The notes: generated by a model from the sequence alone, not told the origin. 64,000 bases of DNA from an uncultured delta proteobacterium (GCA_963735595.1 CAVTLK010000004.1:544313-608312), one strand, 5' to 3'; positions 9,669-23,373 are shown, numbered from the stretch's first letter. A program made the numbers and translations.

Positions 9669-10373
9669 ATGCCGAGACACGGAAAGCTATTTCGTAACAT
9701 CAAGACCAAGATCGATACCGCAAAACGGTTTGAATTCGACGAGGCCCTTGAGATCATAACAAAGAATCCTGCCGCCAAATTCGACGAGAGCGTCGACATA
9801 GCACTGAGGCTTGGGGTCAACCCGAAGCACTCGGACCAGATGGTGCGCGGGGCGGTAGTGCTCCCGAACGGAACGGGGAAGTCCGTGCGGGTGCTGGTTT
9901 TCGCGAAGGGCGAGAAGGAAAAAGAGGCCATGGACGCCAAGGCGGATTACGTCGGCGCGGAGGACCTTGTGGAGAAGATCAGCGGTGGCTGGTTTGATTT
10001 CGACAAGGCTATCGCGACGCCGGACATCATGGGCCTGGTCAGCAAGCTCGGCAAGATTCTCGGTCCCCGGGGTTTGATGCCAAACGCAAAGATCGGCACC
10101 GTCACCTTTGACGTGGGCAGGGCGATCGCGGAGCTCAAGGCCGGTAAGGTCGATTTCAGGGTCGATAAGAACGGGATTCTCCACGTGGCGGTCGGTAAGC
10201 TTTCCTTCGGACCGGCCAAACTTAAAGAGAATATCATAGCCTTTCTGGAAGCGGTCATGAAGCTCAAACCGTCGACAAGCAAGGGAACCTATCTGAGGGG
10301 GGTGGCGATCTCCTCAACGATGGGTCCGGGGATAAAGATCGATCCGGTATACGTAAGGAATCTCCTGAAATAA
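9669..10373 (+). CDS. rplA: 50S ribosomal protein L1
   Basis: [34 protein letters not shown]. Confidence 0.98.
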   Translation: MPRHGKLFRNIKTKIDTAKRFEFDEALEIITKNPAAKFDESVDIALRLGVNPKHSDQMVRGAVVLPNGTGKSVRVLVFAKGEKEKEAMDAKADYVGAEDLVEKISGGWFDFDKAIATPDIMGLVSKLGKILGPRGLMPNAKIGTVTFDVGRAIAELKAGKVDFRVDKNGILHVAVGKLSFGPAKLKENIIAFLEAVMKLKPSTSKGTYLRGVAISSTMGPGIKIDPVYVRNLLK

Positions 10374-10409
10374 ACATAGAGATACAGAACACATAGTATA
10401 TATACCTCC

Positions 10410-10554
10410 CCTGTCAGAGACAGCCGGTGCACCTTGCGTGCTTAATCCGAAAGGGCCCGCCGAGACCAGGGTGAAAACGACATGATCCCTCACGATTTTT
10501 GGGGCATGCACGGGCGTTTGCTTTCATGACGCGGGAGAGACGAAGGAGGTTTGG
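10410..10554 (+). promoter_or_regulatory. L10 leader (rplJL autoregulatory RNA)
   Basis: AGAGACAGCCGGTG...TTAA...CCCGCCGAG core resembling the L10-leader pattern, directly upstream of rplJ. Confidence 0.75.
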
Positions 10555-11085
10555 GTGAAAAAGAAGGAAAAGGAAGTGATCGTATCTGCGATGCACACGG
10601 CCCTTACCGATTCCAGTGTCCTCTTCCTGACGGACTATCGGGGCCTCACGGCAGAGCAGATCAACGAGCTGAGGGGTGGGTTCCGCAAGGTCGGCGTTCA
10701 GTACCGGGTGGTTAAGAATAACCTCCTCAGGCGCGCCGCCGAAGGAACCGATTTTGCGCGCGTCATTGAAAGCGTTACGGGTCCTACCGGGATGATCGTC
10801 TCCAAATCGGACCCCGTTGAGGCCTCCAAAATCCTCGTGGAGTACATGGCCAAGTACAACGTCCTTTCTTTTAAGGCGGGCGTTCTCAGCGGCAAGCAGT
10901 TAGGCGAGGCCGACATTAAGTCGATCGCCAAACTCCCGCCGCGCGACGTGTTGCTGGCCAAGCTCCTCGGGACCATGAACTCGGTTCCGGGAGGATTTGT
11001 TGGAGTGCTGTCCGGAGTTATGAGGAAGTTCGTGTATGCCCTGGCGGCCGTCAAGGAAGCCAAAGAAAGCGGAAAATTAGCCTAA
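10555..11085 (+). CDS. rplJ: 50S ribosomal protein L10
   Basis: DYRGLT..LR...YRVVKNNL, LPPRDVLLAKL; GTG start after AAGGAGG. Confidence 0.97.
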   Translation: MKKKEKEVIVSAMHTALTDSSVLFLTDYRGLTAEQINELRGGFRKVGVQYRVVKNNLLRRAAEGTDFARVIESVTGPTGMIVSKSDPVEASKILVEYMAKYNVLSFKAGVLSGKQLGEADIKSIAKLPPRDVLLAKLLGTMNSVPGGFVGVLSGVMRKFVYALAAVKEAKESGKLA

Positions 11086-11097
11086 AGGAGGAGAGTC

Positions 11098-11544
11098 ATG
11101 TCGGAAGAGACTATTGTCAAGGAAGAGAAAAAGAAGACGGCAAAGGAAGGATCGGCCGCCAAGATATCCAAAGAGGACGTCATCGCCTTTATCGAGAGCA
11201 TGACGGTCCTCGAGCTTGCCGAGCTCGTTAAGGAGCTGGAAGAAAAATTCGGGGTTTCCGCCTCCGCGCCTATGGTTATGGCCGGTGTTGCTGCCGGCGG
11301 CGGTGGTTCCGAGGCCGCGGCGGTCGAGGAGAAGACCGAATTTGACGTCGTCCTGACCGAGGCGGGCGCCGAGAAGATCAAGGTCATCAAGGTAGTGCGG
11401 GAGTTCACTACGCTGGGCCTTAAGGAGGCCAAGGATCTCGTCGAATCGGCTCCGAAGCCGGTGAAAGAGGCCGTTTCAAAAGAGACGGCCGAAGAAATCA
11501 AGAAGAAGCTCGAAGAAGTCGGCGCAAAAGTGGAAATCAAATAA
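11098..11544 (+). CDS. rplL: 50S ribosomal protein L7/L12 with ~20-aa N-terminal extension
   Basis: [49 protein letters not shown]. Confidence 0.97.
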   Translation: MSEETIVKEEKKKTAKEGSAAKISKEDVIAFIESMTVLELAELVKELEEKFGVSASAPMVMAGVAAGGGGSEAAAVEEKTEFDVVLTEAGAEKIKVIKVVREFTTLGLKEAKDLVESAPKPVKEAVSKETAEEIKKKLEEVGAKVEIK

Positions 11545-11555
11545 GTCATCGCTTT

Positions 11556-11581
11556 TGGGGTGGGGGGGTACCCCCACCCCA
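11556..11581 (+). terminator. Strong G/C hairpin between rplL and rpoB (possible attenuator or processing stem)
   Basis: TGGGGTGGGGG / CCCCCACCCCA stem; no clear U-tract afterwards. Confidence 0.4.
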
Positions 11582-11700
11582 TCACCGTACATTCATCGAA
11601 CGTACTCAAATACATTATCTGTCTTCTCGATATTCATTTTCATTTCTCATGTCATATTCGGACTCATTACTCGTGACAACGTAACAGTGAGGGGTTTTTT

Positions 11701-14700
11701 ATGGCCGAAACCGTAAGGAAATATCAGTGGGAACGGGTCGATTTTGGAAAGATCAGAAACATTATCGAGATCCCGAATCTCATCGAGGTCCAGGAGAGAT
11801 CCTACCTGCGATTCCTTCAAAAGGACGTACCGTTAGAAGAGCGCGAGGATATTGGTTTGGAGGGTGTTTTCAAGAGCATCTTCCCCATCTGGGATTTTAA
11901 CGAGACGGCATCTCTCGAGTACGTGCACTTTACGCTCAGCGATCCGAAATATGACGTTATCGAGTGTCATCAGCGGGGAATGACCTTTGCCGCCCCGTTT
12001 AAAGTAACGGTCAGGCTCGTCGTATGGGACAAGGACGAGGAGACCGGCGTCAAGAATATCCGTGATATTAAGGAGCAAGAGGTTTTCTTCGGCGAGATCC
12101 CCCTGATGACCGGCAACGGAAGCTTCGTCATCAACGGGACGGAGCGCGTCGTCGTCAGCCAGCTGCACCGGTCACCGGGCGTCTTCTTCGATCACGACAA
12201 GGGCAAAACACACCTGTCCGGTAAGCTTCTCTATTCCTGCCGGATCATTCCGTACCGCGGATCATGGCTTGACTTTGAGTTCGACGCCCGGGATGTCATC
12301 CACGTGCGAATCGACCGGCGGAGGAAATTCCCGGCCACAATACTCCTGAAGGCCCTCGGGTATACTACCGAAGAGCTCCTCAACTTCTTCTACAAGACCG
12401 AGCGGATTATCATCGGGGAAGGTCAATACAGCAAGGTCCCGGCCCTCGAATACCTGGCGGGACAGCGGGCGGCTGTGGATATGGTTGACCGCAACGGAGA
12501 AGTGATCATAAAGAAAGGGAGGAAGTATACCAAGGCGACGGTCAAGAGAATGGCCGAAGAAGGTATCGATACTATCTCCATCGAGTATGAGTCCATGATC
12601 GGCAAAATCGCCGCGAAAGATATCGTCGTGCCCGACTCCGGCGAGGTGATCCTCGAGGTAAACGAGGAGATCACCAAGGAAAAGCTTGAGGAGATCGTCA
12701 AGAAGGGAATCCGGGAGTTCATGGTCCTGTTCATCGACGAGGTCAACGTATCGGCGGCTATCCGCAATACGCTATTGGCCGACAAGGTCTCGTCCCAGAA
12801 TAACGCCATCATCGAGATCTACCGCAGGCTCCGGCCGGGCGATCCGCCGACTCTCGATACGGCCCAGAACCTCTTCTTTAACCTCTTCTTCAACGCCGAG
12901 CGCTACGACCTTTCCAAGGTCGGCCGTCTCAAACTAAATTACAAACTCGGCCTGGATACCCCCCTGGACGTGCGCATCCTTCTCAAGGAGGATATCCTCC
13001 ATTCGGTGCGATACCTTTTTAACCTGCGCAACGGGATCGGCCAGATAGACGACATCGATCATCTTGGAAACCGCCGGGTCAGAGCGGTCGGTGAGCTGTT
13101 GGAAAACCAGTTCCGGATCGGCCTTGTGCGGATGGAGCGGGCGATAAAGGAACGAATGAGCCTGTCGGAGGTGGAGACCCTCATGCCGCACGACCTGATC
13201 AACTCCAAGCCGGTCAGCGCGGTCATCAAGGAATTCTTCGGCTCCTCCCAGCTCTCACAATTCATGGATCAGACCAATCCTCTTTCGGAGATCACGCACA
13301 AACGGAGGTTGTCGGCCCTCGGCCCCGGGGGACTTACCCGGGAACGGGCGGGTTTTGAGGTCCGGGACGTCCATAACACGCACTATGGCCGTATCTGCCC
13401 CATCGAGACGCCGGAGGGCCCCAATATCGGCCTGATCGCGTCGCTATCGACGTACGCCTCCGTCAACGATTACGGCTTCATTGAGACCCCGTATCGGCGA
13501 GTGGAAAACGGGAAAGTAACCGACCAAACCGATTTATTGACGGCCCTGGACGAAGAGGTATGCATCATCGCTCAGGCAAATGCCCCCATAGATCAGGACG
13601 GTTCTTTCGGCACCGAGATGATCAACGTCAGGCGGGGCGGTGAACCCGCGATGACCAGCTCCGAAGATATTAACTATATGGATGTTTCGCCCAAGCAGCT
13701 GGTGAGCGTCGCGGCATCGCTTATCCCGTTTCTCGAAAACGACGACGCTAACAGGGCCCTCATGGGCTCCAACATGCAGCGGCAGGCGGTGCCGCTCCTT
13801 CGTCCGCAGGCCCCGCTGGTGGGTACCGGCATGGAGCGGGTCGTTGCCAGAGACAGCGGCGTAACGGTTATGGCGAAGCGGGATGGGGTCGTTGAAAACG
13901 TCGATGCGTCCCGTGTTATCATCCGTACCGATGAGGAGAGTGTCTCCGGGGCGGGGGTGGATATCTATAACCTTATCAAGTACCAGCGATCAAACCAGAA
14001 CACCTGTATCAACCAGAAGCCAATCGTCAAAAAGGGAGATCCCATTGTCAAGGGGCAGATCATCGCCGACGGCCCGGCCATCCAGAACGGGGAGCTGGCC
14101 CTCGGGATCAACGTTATCGTTGCCTTCATGCCGTGGGGCGGATACAACTTCGAGGATTCGATCCTTATCTCCGATAAAGTTGTTCAGGACGATTCGTTCA
14201 CCTCGATTCATATCGAGGAATTCGAGCTCCTGGCGCGGGACACCAAACTGGGGCCGGAAGAGATCACGCGCGACATACCCAACGTCGGTGAGGAGGCGCT
14301 CAAGGATCTGGACGAATCCGGAATAGTCCGGATCGGCGCCGAGGTGCACCCGGGAGATATCCTCATCGGAAAGATATCCCCCAAGGGTGAGACGCAGCTT
14401 TCGCCCGAGGAGAAGCTGCTCAGGGCCATTTTCGGTGAAAAGGCGGGAGACGTCCGGGATTCTTCCCTTCGGGTCCCGCCGGGTATCGAGGGCATCGTCA
14501 TCGGGGCGAAGGTATTCTCGCGCAAGGGAATCGAAAAGGACGACCGCACCCGCTCGATAGAGAACGACGAGGTCGAAAAACTCACAAAGGACATGAACGA
14601 CGAGATTACGATCATCAAGCATAGCGGGATCGAGCGGATAAAGAACCTCCTGTTGGGCCAGAAGCTATCAGCGAACGTCCTGGACGGCAAGGACAACGTC

Positions 14701-15819
14701 ATCATCAAGAAGGGGACTTCCATAGAGGAAGAAAGCTTTGCCGGCCTGAAATTCGAGGATCTCAGGGATATCAAGATCAAGGGGAATGAAGAGATCACCG
14801 ATAAGCTCTCACAGATCTATGAGAGCATTTCGGAGCAGATCGACGTCATCAGGATTATCTTTCAGGAGAAAATCAACAAGGTGACACGGGACGATGAGCT
14901 TCCCCCCGGCGTCATCAAGCTCGTCAAGGTCTACGTCGCGATGAAGCGTAAGCTCTCCGTGGGCGATAAGATGGCCGGGCGCCACGGGAACAAGGGCGTC
15001 CTTTCCCGGATACTGCCCGTAGAGGACATGCCGTATATGCAGGACGGTACGCCCGTCGATATCGTGCTCAATCCCCTCGGTGTCCCGTCCCGTATGAACG
15101 TTGGACAGATTCTCGAGACCCACATCGGCTGGGCCGCCAAGGAGATCGGCAATCAGATTAACGAAATCATCGAGAAGAACTTCTCTCCCCAGGCCCTGCG
15201 AAAAAGCCTGGCCGCCGTTTTCGGTATGGGCAACAGAAAAAACTATATTGACGAGCTTTCAGACGATGAGGTCCTGGTCGTGGCCAGGAAATTCGATAAC
15301 GGCGTCTTTATTTCAACGCCGGTCTTTGACGGCGCCACGGAGGAAGAGGTTTCTCGGGCGCTGGTCCATGCCGGGCTTCCCGAGCACGGCCAGGCAACCC
15401 TCTACGACGGACGTACGGGCGAAGCGTTCAGGAATTCCGTGACAGTGGGTATGATGTACATGCTTAAGCTCCACCACCTGGTAGATGATAAGATCCATGC
15501 CCGCTCAATCGGGCCGTACTCCCTGGTTACGCAGCAGCCGCTCGGCGGTAAAGCGCAGTTCGGTGGCCAGCGCCTGGGCGAGATGGAAGTGTGGGCAATG
15601 GAGGCCTACGGGGCCGCCTATTCTCTCCAGGAGTTCCTCACTGTCAAGTCAGACGACGTTACGGGCAGGAACCGCATGTACGAGTCGATCGTCAAGGACG
15701 AGCAGTACCTCGAGCCGGGACTTCCGGAGTCATTCAACGTCCTGGTCAAGGAGCTCCAGAGCCTCGGGCTTGATATGGACTTAATCGAACGGAGTACTAG
15801 AAAGGCCAAGGCCAACTAA
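11701..15819 (+). CDS. rpoB: RNA polymerase beta subunit
   Basis: [50 protein letters not shown]; 1372 aa. Confidence 0.99.
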   Translation: MAETVRKYQWERVDFGKIRNIIEIPNLIEVQERSYLRFLQKDVPLEEREDIGLEGVFKSIFPIWDFNETASLEYVHFTLSDPKYDVIECHQRGMTFAAPFKVTVRLVVWDKDEETGVKNIRDIKEQEVFFGEIPLMTGNGSFVINGTERVVVSQLHRSPGVFFDHDKGKTHLSGKLLYSCRIIPYRGSWLDFEFDARDVIHVRIDRRRKFPATILLKALGYTTEELLNFFYKTERIIIGEGQYSKVPALEYLAGQRAAVDMVDRNGEVIIKKGRKYTKATVKRMAEEGIDTISIEYESMIGKIAAKDIVVPDSGEVILEVNEEITKEKLEEIVKKGIREFMVLFIDEVNVSAAIRNTLLADKVSSQNNAIIEIYRRLRPGDPPTLDTAQNLFFNLFFNAERYDLSKVGRLKLNYKLGLDTPLDVRILLKEDILHSVRYLFNLRNGIGQIDDIDHLGNRRVRAVGELLENQFRIGLVRMERAIKERMSLSEVETLMPHDLINSKPVSAVIKEFFGSSQLSQFMDQTNPLSEITHKRRLSALGPGGLTRERAGFEVRDVHNTHYGRICPIETPEGPNIGLIASLSTYASVNDYGFIETPYRRVENGKVTDQTDLLTALDEEVCIIAQANAPIDQDGSFGTEMINVRRGGEPAMTSSEDINYMDVSPKQLVSVAASLIPFLENDDANRALMGSNMQRQAVPLLRPQAPLVGTGMERVVARDSGVTVMAKRDGVVENVDASRVIIRTDEESVSGAGVDIYNLIKYQRSNQNTCINQKPIVKKGDPIVKGQIIADGPAIQNGELALGINVIVAFMPWGGYNFEDSILISDKVVQDDSFTSIHIEEFELLARDTKLGPEEITRDIPNVGEEALKDLDESGIVRIGAEVHPGDILIGKISPKGETQLSPEEKLLRAIFGEKAGDVRDSSLRVPPGIEGIVIGAKVFSRKGIEKDDRTRSIENDEVEKLTKDMNDEITIIKHSGIERIKNLLLGQKLSANVLDGKDNVIIKKGTSIEEESFAGLKFEDLRDIKIKGNEEITDKLSQIYESISEQIDVIRIIFQEKINKVTRDDELPPGVIKLVKVYVAMKRKLSVGDKMAGRHGNKGVLSRILPVEDMPYMQDGTPVDIVLNPLGVPSRMNVGQILETHIGWAAKEIGNQINEIIEKNFSPQALRKSLAAVFGMGNRKNYIDELSDDEVLVVARKFDNGVFISTPVFDGATEEEVSRALVHAGLPEHGQATLYDGRTGEAFRNSVTVGMMYMLKLHHLVDDKIHARSIGPYSLVTQQPLGGKAQFGGQRLGEMEVWAMEAYGAAYSLQEFLTVKSDDVTGRNRMYESIVKDEQYLEPGLPESFNVLVKELQSLGLDMDLIERSTRKAKAN

Positions 15820-15837
15820 CGATAGAGAGGTGTAAAC

Positions 15838-18800
15838 TTGGACGACATTTATAGCTATTTTGAAAAGCCGCGGGACCCAATTGACATCGAGGCGGTTAAG
15901 ATCTCGATCGCGTCGCCGGAGAAGATTCGGTCATGGTCCCACGGTGAAGTAAAAAAGCCGGAGACCATTAATTACCGCACCTTCAAGCCGGAGCGAGACG
16001 GTCTATTCTGCGCAAAGATCTTCGGGCCCACGAAGGACTACGAATGCAACTGCGGGAAGTATAAGCGCATGAAGCACCGCGGTGTCGTCTGTGAAAAGTG
16101 CGGCGTCGAGGTGATTCAGTCCAAGGTCAGGCGGGAGCGTCTCGGGCATATCGAGCTTGCCACCCCCGTCACCCACATCTGGTTCTTGAAGAGCCTTCCC
16201 TCCCGGGTAGGGACGGTACTTGACATCAGCCTGAAGGACCTGGAGCGTATCCTCTACTTTGAGACCTACGTCGTCAAAGATCCGAAGGAGACCCCCCACC
16301 AGAAGGGCGACCTCCTTACCGACGACCAGCTATACCGCGTTAGGGAAAAACACGGGGAAATCGAAGTCGATATCGGCGCAGAAGCCATCCGCGACCTTCT
16401 TCGGGAGCTTGATATCAGCAAGCTCGCCGACGATCTCCGGCGGGAGATGAAGGAGACCAATTCGGAGGCCAAGCGCAAGAAAATAGCCAAGCGTCTCAAG
16501 GTCATCGAGGCGTTCCTGCTTTCCGGCAACCGCCCCGAGTGGATGGTCATGGAATGCATCCCGGTCATTCCGCCCGATCTCAGGCCGCTGGTGCCGCTCG
16601 ATGGGGGCAGGTTCGCGACTTCCGACCTCAACGACCTCTATCGGCGGGTTATCAACCGGAACAACCGCCTCAAAAGGCTGCAGGATCTCAATGCCCCCGG
16701 CATTATCATACAGAACGAGAAGCGGATGCTGCAGGAGTCGGTGGATGCGCTCTTTGACAACGGACGGCGCGGCAGGGCCATTACCGGCCAGAACAAGCGT
16801 CCGCTCAAGTCGTTGTCCGATATGCTTAAGGGCAAGCAGGGCCGGTTCCGCCAGAACCTCCTGGGCAAACGCGTTGACTACTCGGGCCGCTCGGTTATCG
16901 TCATCGGCCCGGAGCTGCGGCTCCACCAGTGCGGGTTGCCCAAGAAGATGGCCGTCGAGCTGTTCAAGCCCTTTATCTACGCCAAGCTGGAGAACCAGGG
17001 GTTCGTCTCCACCATCAAGAGCGCCAAGAAGGCGGTGGAAAAGGAGCGGCCCGAGGTGTGGGATATCCTGGACGAAGTCATCAAGGAACATCCGGTTCTA
17101 TTAAACCGCGCACCGACGCTCCATCGTCTCGGGATACAGGCGTTTGAGCCGATTCTCATCGAAGGGAAGGCTATTCAGCTACACCCGCTGGTCTGCACCG
17201 CGTTCAACGCCGACTTTGATGGAGACCAGATGGCGGTCCACGTACCGCTGTCCGTCGAGGCCCAGGTAGAGGCGCGGGTTCTCATGATGAGTACGAATAA
17301 CATCCTGCTTCCGGCCAACGGAAAACCGATCATCGTGCCGAGCCAGGACATCGTACTGGGTCTATACTATATGACCCGCAGCCGGGATGGGGTTTACGGA
17401 GAGAAGAAGGTATTCGCCGATCTGGACGAGGTGCGGATGGCCTTTGACGCCGGCGAGGTGGACCTGCAGGCCAAGGTCAGGGTCCGCGTAAACGGGAAGC
17501 TCGTAGAGACGACGACCGGTCGCTGCATCCTCTACGAGGTTGTTCCCAAGGAGATCCCCTTCGAGGCGGTCAATACCGTTATGACCAAGAAGGAGGTCGT
17601 CCGTCTCATCGACCTCTCATATCGAAACGCCGGCAATAAGAGCACGGTGCTTCTGGCAGACCGGCTAAAGGACCTCGGTTATAAATATGCCACCAACGCG
17701 GGAATCTCTATATCCATCAAAGATATGCGCATACCCACCAACAAGCACGACCTGCTGGAGTCCGCCGCACAGGAGGTTCAGAAGGTCGAGCATCAGTACA
17801 CCGAGGGATTGATCACCGACGGGGAACGCTACAATAAGGTTATTGATATATGGGCCGAGGTTACCGAAGAGATCGCCCGACAAATGGCCGATGAGCTCTC
17901 GTATGATACCGTTATCGATAAGGACGGCAAGGAGCGGCGCATCCCGAGCTTCAATTCGATTCACATGATGGTTGACTCCGGATCCCGGGGCTCTCAACAG
18001 CAAATCAGGCAGCTGGCCGGGATGCGGGGGCTCATGGCAAAACCTTCCGGCGAGATTATAGAGACGCCGATTACCGCCAACTTCCGCGAGGGGCTGACCG
18101 TTCTGCAGTACTTTATCTCGACCCACGGTGCGCGCAAGGGCCTTGCCGATACCGCGCTCAAAACGGCCAACTCCGGGTATCTCACCCGGCGTCTCGTGGA
18201 CGTCGTGCAGGATGTCATTATCTCCGAGGAAGACTGCGGAACGGCCGACGGTATCTTCGTGACTCCCCTGATGGAGGGGGGCGAGATAATCGAGCCGGTA
18301 GGAGACCGCATACTCGGTAAGGTCGCCCTTGACGACATACGCGATCCCTATACCGAGGAAATACTGATTCACGCCAACGAGGAAATTGACGAAGCCCTGG
18401 TCGAGAAGATCGAAGAAGCGGGGCTGGAGCGTATCAAGACCCGGTCAGTCCTCACGTGCCGTACCAAGCGGGGCATCTGCGCCAAATGTTACGGGCGGGA
18501 CCTGGCCCGGGGCCAGGAGGCAAACATCGGCGAGGCCGTCGGCGTTATCGCGGCCCAGTCCATCGGCGAGCCGGGCACACAGCTTACAATGAGGACCTTC
18601 CACATCGGCGGCACGGCCTCCCGGCGGGCCGAGCAGACGATGCTCGAGACAAGAAACGAGGGAACGGTAAAGTACTTCAATCTGAACGTCGTCAAGAATA
18701 AGGAAGGCTTCTTTATCGTCATGAATCGCAACGGCGAAATCATCATCCAGGACGAAAGCGGCCGCGAGCGGGAGCGGTACTCCCTCATCTACGGCTCCAA

Positions 18801-19923
18801 GCTTCTGGTGGCCGAGGACGACCAGGTGAGCGCCGGCCAGTTGGTAGCCGAATGGGACCCCTACACGCTCCCGATTCTCACCGAGGTTAGCGGTATTATC
18901 AAGTTCGGCGACGTGATCGAGGGCGTTACCATGCAGGAACAATTGGACCCCGTGACCAGCCTTTCGAGAAAGGTCATCGTGGAATCCAAGGACCCGGATA
19001 CCCGTCCCCGCGTCTCCATCAAGGACGACCAGGGAAAGACCCTGAAACTGCCCGGTTCGACGGCCATGGCACGCTACTTCATGCCGGTCGGGGCTAACCT
19101 CATGGTTTCGGAGGGAAGCCGCGTGGAAGCCGGTGACGTCCTGTCCAAAATCCCCCGGGAAACAACCAAGACAAAAGACATCACGGGCGGTCTGCCGCGG
19201 GTGGCGGAGCTTTTCGAGGCGCGGCGCCCCAAGGAGTTTGCCGTTATTTCGGAGATCGACGGTGTCGTGAGCTTCGGCAAGGATGTCAAAGGAAAGCGCA
19301 AGGTCATCATTACTCCCGATGTTGGAGAGCCCAAAGAATATCTGATCGCCAAGGGAAAGCATATCAACGTACACGAGAACGATTTAGTCAGGGCGGGGGA
19401 GCCCCTCATGGAGGGGTCCGCGAACCCGCATGACATCCTCCAGGTTCTTGGAGAAAAGGAACTGGCCAAGTACCTCGTCGACGAGGTCCAGGAGGTATAC
19501 CGGCTTCAGGGCGTCAAGATAAACGACAAACACATAGAGGTCATCGTGCGACAGATGCTCAGGCGTGTCAGGATTACCGATGTGGGTGACACGAAGTTCC
19601 TGGTCGGCGAGCAGGTGGAAAAGCACGAGTTTGAAGAGGAGAACCGGTCCGCTATCGGCAAAGGGGGCAGTCCGGCCGTTGGAGAGCCGCTGCTGTTGGG
19701 GATTACCAAGGCATCCCTGTCCACCGACAGCTTCCTGTCGGCCGCCTCGTTCCAGGAGACCACCAAGGTTCTCACCGAGGCCTCGATCCTCGGTAAGGTG
19801 GACTACCTGCAGGGGCTCAAGGAAAACGTATTGATGGGAAGGCTCATCCCCGCCGGTACCGGATACCAGAAGTACCACGAACTGGAGCGGGAAGTAGATC
19901 AGGAGGAGGCGGTGGCCGATTGA
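15838..19923 (+). CDS. rpoC: RNA polymerase beta' subunit
   Basis: [12 protein letters not shown] catalytic motif, Zn-finger cysteines; TTG start; 1361 aa. Confidence 0.99.
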   Translation: MDDIYSYFEKPRDPIDIEAVKISIASPEKIRSWSHGEVKKPETINYRTFKPERDGLFCAKIFGPTKDYECNCGKYKRMKHRGVVCEKCGVEVIQSKVRRERLGHIELATPVTHIWFLKSLPSRVGTVLDISLKDLERILYFETYVVKDPKETPHQKGDLLTDDQLYRVREKHGEIEVDIGAEAIRDLLRELDISKLADDLRREMKETNSEAKRKKIAKRLKVIEAFLLSGNRPEWMVMECIPVIPPDLRPLVPLDGGRFATSDLNDLYRRVINRNNRLKRLQDLNAPGIIIQNEKRMLQESVDALFDNGRRGRAITGQNKRPLKSLSDMLKGKQGRFRQNLLGKRVDYSGRSVIVIGPELRLHQCGLPKKMAVELFKPFIYAKLENQGFVSTIKSAKKAVEKERPEVWDILDEVIKEHPVLLNRAPTLHRLGIQAFEPILIEGKAIQLHPLVCTAFNADFDGDQMAVHVPLSVEAQVEARVLMMSTNNILLPANGKPIIVPSQDIVLGLYYMTRSRDGVYGEKKVFADLDEVRMAFDAGEVDLQAKVRVRVNGKLVETTTGRCILYEVVPKEIPFEAVNTVMTKKEVVRLIDLSYRNAGNKSTVLLADRLKDLGYKYATNAGISISIKDMRIPTNKHDLLESAAQEVQKVEHQYTEGLITDGERYNKVIDIWAEVTEEIARQMADELSYDTVIDKDGKERRIPSFNSIHMMVDSGSRGSQQQIRQLAGMRGLMAKPSGEIIETPITANFREGLTVLQYFISTHGARKGLADTALKTANSGYLTRRLVDVVQDVIISEEDCGTADGIFVTPLMEGGEIIEPVGDRILGKVALDDIRDPYTEEILIHANEEIDEALVEKIEEAGLERIKTRSVLTCRTKRGICAKCYGRDLARGQEANIGEAVGVIAAQSIGEPGTQLTMRTFHIGGTASRRAEQTMLETRNEGTVKYFNLNVVKNKEGFFIVMNRNGEIIIQDESGRERERYSLIYGSKLLVAEDDQVSAGQLVAEWDPYTLPILTEVSGIIKFGDVIEGVTMQEQLDPVTSLSRKVIVESKDPDTRPRVSIKDDQGKTLKLPGSTAMARYFMPVGANLMVSEGSRVEAGDVLSKIPRETTKTKDITGGLPRVAELFEARRPKEFAVISEIDGVVSFGKDVKGKRKVIITPDVGEPKEYLIAKGKHINVHENDLVRAGEPLMEGSANPHDILQVLGEKELAKYLVDEVQEVYRLQGVKINDKHIEVIVRQMLRRVRITDVGDTKFLVGEQVEKHEFEEENRSAIGKGGSPAVGEPLLLGITKASLSTDSFLSAASFQETTKVLTEASILGKVDYLQGLKENVLMGRLIPAGTGYQKYHELEREVDQEEAVAD

Positions 19924-20020
19924 GCACGGTAAGCGGGACGCGCCGGGAAAGCGGATCGGCTATTTACTGTTCGGCGGCAATAGGTAAACGTTCTTTTCTT
20001 ATAAAGCCGGCAGAAAAAGC

Positions 20021-20048
20021 TTGACAAAACTAATTATCCTGATATTAT
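20021..20048 (+). promoter_or_regulatory. sigma70 promoter of str operon
   Basis: TTGACA-16 nt-TATTAT upstream of rpsL. Confidence 0.7.
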
Positions 20049-20084
20049 TACAGAGTTTTTCTCTATTGGACTATAGGAGTATTG

Positions 20085-20459
20085 ATGCCCACCATTAATC
20101 AACTGGTGAGAAAAGGGCGGGAAAAGCTCAAGGCCAAAACAAAGGCCCCTGCCCTCCAGGGATCGCCCCAGAAACGGGGGGTCTGCGTCAGGGTATATAC
20201 CACGACGCCGAAGAAACCTAACTCGGCGCTCAGGAAGGTGGCGCGCGTCAGGTTGACGAACGGAATCGAGGTGACCAGCTATATTCCCGGTGTCGGTCAC
20301 AACCTTCAGGAGCACTCGGTGGTTCTCATCAGGGGTGGAAGGGTAAAGGACATCCCGGGCGTACGGTATCACATCGTCCGCGGAACCCTGGATACGCTCG
20401 GCGTCGCCAACCGCAAGCAGAGTCGATCCAAGTACGGCGCCAAGCGTCCGAAGGCCTAA
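20085..20459 (+). CDS. rpsL: 30S ribosomal protein S12
   Basis: [26 protein letters not shown]. Confidence 0.99.
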   Translation: MPTINQLVRKGREKLKAKTKAPALQGSPQKRGVCVRVYTTTPKKPNSALRKVARVRLTNGIEVTSYIPGVGHNLQEHSVVLIRGGRVKDIPGVRYHIVRGTLDTLGVANRKQSRSKYGAKRPKA

Positions 20460-20616
20460 CAAAGGCGCGGGTTCCCACGAAAGACGGGACGCGGGCGACT
20501 GGGTGACTGTAATGGGGCGGGAGGCAGTGGGGCAGTAGCGTGAAGAACGATCTCGGAGAAAACCGGTAGAAGAGATAAATTAATATCGCATGTGTAAAGA
20601 CTGATAAGGTAAAGAG

Positions 20617-21087
20617 ATGCCAAGACGGCGCGTAGTAGCAAAGAGGGTCATCTTGCCGGACCCGAAATTCAAAGATCGGCTCGTGGCCAAGTTCATCAAT
20701 TCGCTGATGTACCAGGGCAAAAAAGGCGTTGGCGAGGAGATCTTCTATGATGCCATGGATATCGTCGCCGACAAGACGAAGAACGATCCGATTAGGGTCT
20801 TCAAAAAGGCGATGGATAATATCAAGCCGATTATAGAGGTAAAGGCCCGGCGTGTCGGCGGTTCGACCTATCAGGTGCCTATCGAGGTCAGGTCGGATCG
20901 GCGGGAGGCGCTCGGCATTCGCTGGCTTATACGGTACTCCCGTGCCAGGGGCGAGAAATCCATGCGGGATAAGCTAGCCGCCGAGATTATCGACGCCTTC
21001 AACGGAAAGGGAGCGGCGGTCAAGAAGCGCGAAGAGACCCACCGGATGGCCGAGGCCAATAAGGCGTTTGCCCATTACCGCTGGTAG
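20617..21087 (+). CDS. rpsG: 30S ribosomal protein S7
   Basis: [31 protein letters not shown]. Confidence 0.99.
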   Translation: MPRRRVVAKRVILPDPKFKDRLVAKFINSLMYQGKKGVGEEIFYDAMDIVADKTKNDPIRVFKKAMDNIKPIIEVKARRVGGSTYQVPIEVRSDRREALGIRWLIRYSRARGEKSMRDKLAAEIIDAFNGKGAAVKKREETHRMAEANKAFAHYRW

Positions 21088-21110
21088 ATTATTTGAGAAA
21101 GTATATATAG

Positions 21111-21136
21111 AAAGCCTTAATTGCGAGGCTTTTTTT
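21111..21136 (+). terminator. Intrinsic terminator-like hairpin between rpsG and fusA
   Basis: AAAGCCTT-AATTGC-GAGGCTTT; the 3' arm runs into a T7 tract. Confidence 0.6.
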
Positions 21137-21149
21137 GTCCTAAGGGGAA

Positions 21150-23234
21150 GTGAGTCAGTTGAGAACGTTTCCACTTCATAAGATTCGTAACATCGGGATC
21201 ATGGCCCACATCGATGCGGGCAAGACCACGACAACCGAGAGGATACTCTATTACACCGGTATATCCTACAAGATGGGTGAGGTGCACGAGGGAACGGCGG
21301 TCATGGACTGGATGGAGCAGGAACAGGAGCGCGGCATTACCATCACTTCGGCGGCTACCACCTGTCTCTGGAAAGATCACCGCATTAATATCATCGATAC
21401 GCCGGGTCACGTGGACTTTACCGCCGAGGTGGAGCGTTCACTTCGAGTTCTGGACGGAGTCGTTGCAGTATTTTGTGCGGTCGGCGGCGTAGAACCCCAA
21501 TCCGAGACGGTCTGGCGCCAGGCTGATAAGTATAAAATCCCTCGTATCGCGTTCATCAATAAAATGGATAGGACCGGCGCGGACTACACGCTGGTTATCT
21601 CCCAGATACAAGAGCGTTTGAAGGCGCGGCCGGTGTTGCTCCAGCTGCCCATTGGGGCTGAGGGCGATTTTTCGGGCATTGTCGATCTCATCGGGCGAAA
21701 AGGCTATATCTATGACGCGACGACGCTGGGCAGCAACTACCAGGAAATCGATATACCCGATCAGATAAAGCCCGAGACGGAGCGGATGCGCGAGCAAATG
21801 GTGGAGGCCGTCTGTGAGTACGACGATACAATGATGGCCCGCTATCTCGAGGGAGAGGACATCTCCGTATCGGAAATCTCCGCAGGAATACGAAAGGCGA
21901 CGGTCGAGGGTAAGATAATCCCCGTACTCCTGGGAGCCTCCTTCAAGAACAAGGGAGTACAGCAGCTCCTGGATGCCGTTGTCGATTACCTGCCTTCCCC
22001 CCTTGACAGGCCCGAGATCACCGGGAAGAACCCCGATTCGAACGAAGAAATCGTTATTCCTCAGAAGGACGACGCGCCGTTTGCCGCGCTGGCCTTCAAG
22101 ATCATGGCCGATCCCTATGTCGGCCAGCTGACATATATCAGGGTCTACAGCGGACACCTCAAGGCCGGGTCCGACGTCTATAACGCCACCCGGCAAAAGA
22201 AGGAGCGGATCGGAAGGCTTCTCAAGGTGCACGCCAACAAAATGGAAGACATCAAGGATGTACTGACCGGCGACATCGCCGCGGTTGTGGGATTGAAGTC
22301 CACCAACACCGGTGATACGCTGTGCGATTCCAAATCGCCGGTCCTTCTTGAATCGGTGGAATTCCCCGAGCCGGTCATCTCGGTTGCAGTCGAGCCAAAA
22401 TCGAAGGCAGACGAGGAAAAACTGGGCATTGCCCTGGGCAAGCTCGCCATGGAAGACCCGTCCTTCAAGGTCAGGGTCGATAAAGAGACCGCGCAAACCC
22501 TGATTTCCGGGATGGGCGAGCTCCACCTTGAAATCATCGTAGATCGGCTCATGAGGGAATACAAGGTAGACGCGAAGGTCGGCAAACCGCAGGTCGCCTA
22601 TAAAGAAACCATCACCAAGACATCCACGGCGGAGGGGAAATTCGTCCGCCAGTCGGGCGGCCGCGGCCAATACGGCCACGTGATCCTGACGGTATCACCC
22701 AACGAGCAGGGGAAAGGTTTCGAGTTTCAGAACAAGGTCGTGGGGGGAAGGGTGCCGCGGGAGTACGTGCCGGCCGTGGAAAAGGGGATACGGGGCGCAC
22801 TCGATCAGGGGATTCTGGCCGGTTATCCCGTCGTGGACGTGAAGGTGACGCTGGACGACGGTTCATATCATGATGTGGACTCGTCGGAATTCGCCTTTTC
22901 GGTGGCGGGCTCTATCGGGTTTAAAGAAGCGGTAAAGAAGGGATCACCGATCCTCCTGGAGCCGATTATGGACGTGGAGGTGGTGACGCCCGAGGAATTT
23001 ACCGGTGACATCGTCGGGGATCTCAGCTCCCGGCGGGGTAAGATCTCGGGCATCGAGGCCCGCTCGGGCACCCAGGCGATACGGGCGCGGGTCCCTCTTG
23101 AAGAGATGTTCGGCTACGCCACCGATATTCGGTCAAAGACGCAGGGGCGGGCCACCTACACGATGCAGTTTATGCACTACGAAGAGGTCCCGCACCAGAA
23201 ATCGACCGAGATCATGGCCGGGGCCAAGGGGTAG
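21150..23234 (+). CDS. fusA: Elongation factor G
   Basis: [34 protein letters not shown]. Confidence 0.99.
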   Translation: MSQLRTFPLHKIRNIGIMAHIDAGKTTTTERILYYTGISYKMGEVHEGTAVMDWMEQEQERGITITSAATTCLWKDHRINIIDTPGHVDFTAEVERSLRVLDGVVAVFCAVGGVEPQSETVWRQADKYKIPRIAFINKMDRTGADYTLVISQIQERLKARPVLLQLPIGAEGDFSGIVDLIGRKGYIYDATTLGSNYQEIDIPDQIKPETERMREQMVEAVCEYDDTMMARYLEGEDISVSEISAGIRKATVEGKIIPVLLGASFKNKGVQQLLDAVVDYLPSPLDRPEITGKNPDSNEEIVIPQKDDAPFAALAFKIMADPYVGQLTYIRVYSGHLKAGSDVYNATRQKKERIGRLLKVHANKMEDIKDVLTGDIAAVVGLKSTNTGDTLCDSKSPVLLESVEFPEPVISVAVEPKSKADEEKLGIALGKLAMEDPSFKVRVDKETAQTLISGMGELHLEIIVDRLMREYKVDAKVGKPQVAYKETITKTSTAEGKFVRQSGGRGQYGHVILTVSPNEQGKGFEFQNKVVGGRVPREYVPAVEKGIRGALDQGILAGYPVVDVKVTLDDGSYHDVDSSEFAFSVAGSIGFKEAVKKGSPILLEPIMDVEVVTPEEFTGDIVGDLSSRRGKISGIEARSGTQAIRARVPLEEMFGYATDIRSKTQGRATYTMQFMHYEEVPHQKSTEIMAGAKG

Positions 23235-23373
23235 GGGTCGGCGGTTTGCCGACGCCGAGATCGAAGGGCCGCCGAAAGTGCGGGCAGACGCTGAACAATA
23301 GATAGAAAAAATGCAAACGAAATGCTTGTTTGCGTACCAATAACTGTCAGGAATTGATTCTAAGGATACTGAG

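Noticed and set aside
11701..19923. Inteins, splits or fusion in rpoB/rpoC
   Set aside because: Normal lengths, continuous motifs, separate genes
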